Under the pieces are notes generated by a model that made no database searches, was not told where the DNA came from, and saw only the letters and a program-made list of their open reading frames with translations. A DNA stretch of 64,000 bases from Chrysemys picta bellii (lineage: Eukaryota), in NCBI RefSeq assembly GCF_011386835.1, contig NC_088802.1, positions 372,001 through 436,000 on the forward strand. Direction: 5' to 3'. The translations under genes and the position numbers were made by a program. Position 1 is the stretch's first letter. Every line of letters begins with the position of its first letter. Positions 58,781 through 64,000 of the stretch are shown here, piece after piece.

Positions 58781-61127
58781 TCACGTCTTCCCCTCTCAAA
58801 CTGCCATCACTTCATCAGTCTTTGCTGGCAGGGCTGGGCACTCATACGTTCTCCTGGCATGTCCTTGCGTTCTGGCCTGGTCTTTTACTCATCTGTAAGA
58901 TGGCCCCTGTCGACTACTTCCTCTGTGTCACTGGCAGCTGGAGTTGTGAGTGGTCGTCTTGGCTTTTGCGGTACGGTACACACCAGCTTTTTGCACATCC
59001 TGAACCAAACACGTTGTGCTCCACTCTGCCAGCACGAGACACAATTTGAGAGTTTGAGGTTTTATTTTCCACTGGTTCAAATGCAGCTCCTAAGAAACCA
59101 CAACTTACTGGAGTCACTAGATCCCTTCCCACAGCAAATGCTTGGCTGTACAGCTGAATGTCACACCGTGGCCTGAAAGTGCAGGCCTGTTCGGTCATAC
59201 CAACTAGTAAAGTTCATTGCACAGTCGAGGACTCTGCAGCCTCCATGTGCAAATCTAGCAACACATGGATGGGTTTTGGGGGGCTGGGACCCAAGCCACG
59301 AGACTTTAATCAGAAACAGACCCCTTGTGTTCCTTGTAGCTAGTCCCACTATAACGCAAGGCCAATACGCTTTGAAGCAGCTGAAGCTTCCACGGAGTCT
59401 CCATGCGTAGTCTCCAGACATCAAGAGCAGATTCCCATAACCGGGTGATAGGCAGGGATGGTCCATAGCCGAGAGATGTAGTTAAAATCACACCAAACAC
59501 ACATTGCACGTGAGCACCAAAGCCACTTTACTCCACAGTGGCTCCTGACTGCCTCAAGGCAACAATCTAGCTAGAGCACGTGGAACAGCTCTGGCAGGAG
59601 GAAAATACTCCTTTTGCTGTCTAAAACTGGTGGCTAACTTACAAGACACCACCGCATCGTAGGAACAGAGGACTCTGAACTGTTCTGTGCCAGCATGTTC
59701 CTGTATTGGCTGCTAGTGTGAGGCACTGAGTCCTTTAAGTGGGGGGAGAGAAGGATGTCACCTTTTCGCCTCACAGTCATGCCATTTATTCCCCGTTGCA
59801 GTTGCACTCAGCTTCCTAACCTGATTGCTCGTTCTCTGGCTCCTCCCTGGTTAATTCACTTGCAGCCCAGCAGCAGATGTAGAAGGGGATGGACATTAAG
59901 GAACACTTGGGCTCAAGGGAGAAGATGGGAATGAGAAAACAGTTGTGGGTGGAGAGTCTCAGCTGAGGTAGTGGCTCTATTGGTGAAGTCATTTTAAAAT
60001 TTAATCTGGAGCATTGCCTGCAAGAACAATCCTGCAGGGGCAAGGAAGGGGGCAACGACTCCGTGTCTTTCACCTCTGTCTTCTGACATCAATTGTGGGT
60101 GGATAAAGACACTAGGTGAATTCTCTCCTGAAGTCATTGCAACAAGATTAGTAGGGTTTACATTGAAGTATCATTAGGCTTCAGAGCTAACATGATAGAG
60201 TGGGTTTGTGCAGTCAGGTCACAGCTTCCTTATGTTTTCAGCATCTCTGGCTGCATTTTCAAGCAGGCGGAGTGCACAGGGATCTCCTAGGAAGGTTAAG
60301 GACTAAAACAGATCCTTAAAAGGTATTTAGGCTCCTAACGTCCACTGAAATCAGTGGAAATGAGGCACCTATGTTTGAGGCTCTGGGCCTCAATCCTTTA
60401 TTGCAGAAGCAAAGGGGTTGTGGCAGAGAACAGAAATTAGAGGAGACAGTCAGATGAGCAGATTGGTTTAAAGCTCCTGAATGGACAGCTCTTGCCACTT
60501 GTAATTCAATTATGCGTGAGGCTGAAGCTTAGCGTTCATCAATGGAGTCCATTGCACACATGGCCTATGACTAAGGCGAAGGTTTTGTCACGGTTGTTTT
60601 TAGTAAAAGTCACGGACCGGTCACGGGCAAGAAACAAAAATTCACGGAAGCCGTGACCGGTCTGTGACTTTTGCTGCTGCGGCTCCATGGGTTCCCCTGC
60701 CACAGTGGTGGCTGGGAGCTGTGCGGGTCCCTCGCTGCCCACAGCGTCTGGGAGCTGCAGGTGGGGCCCCCTCAGCAGCTGGGAGCTGCAGGGTGACCAT
60801 GTGTTCCAGAGAGAAAACTGGACACCCCCCAGCTGCTCACTTGAGGTGTCCCCCTTCTTTCCCCCCCAGCCCACCTGAGGCTGTCACCCATCACTGGAAA
60901 TTTGCAGGAGGGCTGCTGTTGCTTGGGGGAGTTGAGTGGAGATTGGGGCGTGGCATGGCCAGGCCGGGGGGGCGGTGTCCATGAGGCTGGAGGGGGAGTG
61001 GGGGTGGCACCGTGCCAACGTGTTGGTCAGTGTTGGGGCATCTGTGGTGGTGTGGTGCACTGGACGGGGGTCTCTTGGGGAGGTTGGTTGTATTATGGCT
61101 GTACCCTGGGTCTGCTGGGGCCAGTTG

Positions 61128-61129
<2 letters not shown>

Positions 61130-61178
<49 letters not shown>
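61130..61178. repeat. (TG)24 microsatellite
   Basis: Read directly from the sequence. Confidence 0.98.
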
Positions 61179-61179
<1 letters not shown>

Positions 61180-64000
61180 CTCCCTCTTTCTGTTGGTGTG
61201 GGGCATGTGCACCTGCACCAGCGGGGGGTGGGGGGGACATGGGCTGTGTGGGTTTGTGTGGGGAGGGGGCACTGGAGAGATGCCACCTGAGGGGATCCCA
61301 GAGTGTGTGAGGGGGGATATGGAAGCAGAATGAGGGGGAGGAGTCCTCCTGCCCCCTGGGGAATGTGATGGGGACGATCCCGGGGGGAGGGCGGAGTAAA
61401 GGATGCTGTTTCGAGGGGAGAGTCTGAATTGGAGGAGGGGGGGCGCAAAATCTTGGTCTAATGAAGGGTGGGGTGTGTGGGACCTGGGGGGGAGGCTACA
61501 GTTTGCGGCGAAGTGGTGGAGGTCTGGTTGGCTGGTGCAGAGCACTGTGGGGATTATATGGGCGGGGCTACCTGGGCATTGGGGGGTGCATGGTGGGGTC
61601 TTGACTGAGGCAGTTGGGGGGAGGGCCTGGCTGGGGCAGTTGGGGGAGAGTCTTGGCTGGGGGACTTGAAGAGATTCTACCTCAGCACCTCCCCACGGTC
61701 AGTACCACGGCTCTGCTCTGCCTGGCCCTGTTGGGTTTTGGTTTTGTTTTAATTAAAAGCTCGGCTGTGGTCGCTCTTTCTGGTGCATCTCTGGTGGAGG
61801 TGCACCTGCACCAGCAGGGGTGGCGGGGGGGGGAGTGTCACAGGCTGTGGGGGGCCTCTGCTCAGGAGGACGTGCTCTTCCCAGCCCAGGGAGATCAGCA
61901 GCTCCCAAGATGTGGAAATTCTCCCCCTGCACTCGGAATGAGCAGGAAACCTTGTATTACAAACCAAGCCCCAGCTAAAAGGAAGCACCAGTCTGTACTC
62001 AGCCTTTACCAGCCATTGATCTTAGTCAGGGGCAGCACCAGCCTCTTCACAGGTGGGGGGTGCGGTGGGCTAGACAGAAAACTAGGAGGGACTAGACTGC
62101 ATTTGGCACCTCTGTCTGTGGCCCCATCGCTGCTCCTCCTCAGTTAAGTGCCAGCCCCGCCTGGTCCCCCCAGGCCCCCCTCCCTGGCCAGGTCGGAAGC
62201 TGGAGCTGGGTCGTGCGGGGCGCAGCGGCTGCTGTGCTGGCAGGTGCCAGGGTGCGGCTTCGCCTCTTCCTGCTGCTGCTCTGACCCTGGGGCTGCAAGT
62301 GCTCCTCAGCTCACCACCGCCCTTCGACTGCTTGCAGGGAGGCCCAGCTCCAGGGCAGGCAAAGCGGCGACTGTGGGGAGCAGCGACTGCCGGGAGGGGG
62401 GCCCAGGAGCATCACTCTGGGCTGCTATAGGGAGCCCTGGACCCAACGCCGGCCCTGGGCAGCAAACCCTGGTGGGTGGCGACACCAGCCTGGGGCTGCT
62501 CTTGGGCCCCATACTCAGACTTACTTTTGGTGGCGGCAGCTCTGCCTTTAGAGGTGGACGGCCAAAGAGCGGCGGGTGCTGGCTGGGCACCCAGCGCTGA
62601 AGGCAACACCGCCGCCAGCAGCAGCAAAGTATCTCCCTAACGTTTCCCCTTTGTGCTGGGAGAGGTGGATGGGGGGTTAAGACCAATTTTAGGGTGGCTA
62701 TAGCCTCCGCAAATCCTCCCCACCCCCCACACTGCCACCCTGATCTCTACTCCCAGCTGATCTTGCCTGGCACCTGTCTCAAAGCCGGGCTGTCCTACCG
62801 CTCAGTCTCAGGACAGAGCTGAAATTATTCTCCACCAGTTCTCCCTGGCAGGAAACACACCCCAAGAACATCGAGTGGGCGGTAGAGACTGTAACGGTAT
62901 TTGGCTCCAGTGATTGCTGTTCCAGAAGGACTTGTCCTACACCTCCCCAGGGCAGTCATGGCAACATGTAAGAAGCGCCAGGCTGCTCCTGCACCCAAAA
63001 TCATCACACAGCACTCTATTGTCCCTTCCCTTTGCCTTTATCCCACAGACGTCTGCCCCCCTAACCAGAATGTTCATGTCCTCTGAAGCAAGCCAGAGTC
63101 GGTAGAGAGCAGGGCTACAGGGCTGTGACCAGGGACCCTCACCCAGTGATGTGGAAGGAAGAGCATTGAGGACCGAGCATCTCTGGTTACAGGCAAGTTG
63201 CTCTCCAGGAAGTTACCGTACTTCAGAAACACTCACTCTCCCTTGCCAACTCCTTGTGAGGGCACAACCGGCTCCCCCAAGCGTATCGTGCCCCAATTAG
63301 ATGCAGAGGCCTTTCCTCAGCGCCCCACCCCATGGTAACATAACAAATTCTCACCCCAGACAAGAGTCTTTGCAGCCCTCTCTCAATACTTCAGCAAATT
63401 TCCATTATTCTGCAGCTTGCTGTCTGGTTTCCATCCCTCCGGCTGGGCTCAGGGTGGTGGCGCCTTCTCTTGGGCTCTGCCACAGGTTTGGCCATTCTCT
63501 CATCCATACAGTGTCATTAGGGTCTGAAATGAGAAAGACAGAACACTTGTGCATGGTGCACACACAGCCCCACCCCCTGACAGACAGAGTCACCTAGCTG
63601 CTGCTTCCTGGAGCCCTCTTCTCTATTCACCTCCAGCCTACCCAATGCCTGGAAAGGTCAGCATGCATAAGGGCCGACAGCCCCCGAGGTCACTCCACAC
63701 TCTCACCTTATACAGGATGTGCTGGTCGACTGAAGAGAGAGAAGACTGAGTATACACATGGAGAACAATGTGGTGTCCAGTGACACACCCCGTGACGTGG
63801 AAGTACAGACCAGACACTACAGAGCATCTCTAGTTGCATGCAGGTCGCCCTCCTTCACATTCAGTCATGGGGAAGGCAGTGTGGGGGGGGGGTGTGTGTG
63901 TGTGGAGAATCCCAAACAATTACCAGCCAAAGGCAGAGATTGACCTTCCCCAGGACCAGGGGTGAAAGTAATTTAAAGGACTTACCAGTACGCTGGAGTC

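Overview
This is GC-rich vertebrate genomic DNA, not prokaryotic. The CR1, Penelope, Tx1, Gypsy and hAT repeat complement suggests a turtle or other reptile, which is an inference. Bases 1-30600 are the extended MHC class II block, with all genes on the minus strand: the 5' part of RGL2, TAPBP (tapasin, 8 exons, 447 aa, C-terminal KKSE), ZBTB22 (508 aa) and DAXX (7 coding exons). Between TAPBP and ZBTB22, which are direct neighbours in human, lies an intact 6-exon gene for a 209-aa SOUL/HEBP-family protein with a signal peptide. Bases 30600-64000 are mostly nested transposons. Within them is an intron-containing, disrupted TPX2 pseudogene (about 39.8-51.8 kb). Other observations: minisatellites built from exon/intron junctions, Penelope ends with hammerhead-like motifs, SCAN-domain Gypsy remnants, unassigned stop-poor segments, and 1-nt homopolymer frameshifts that look like assembly errors. 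All homology calls rest on my own translation and on reference sequences recalled from memory; no database search was run.
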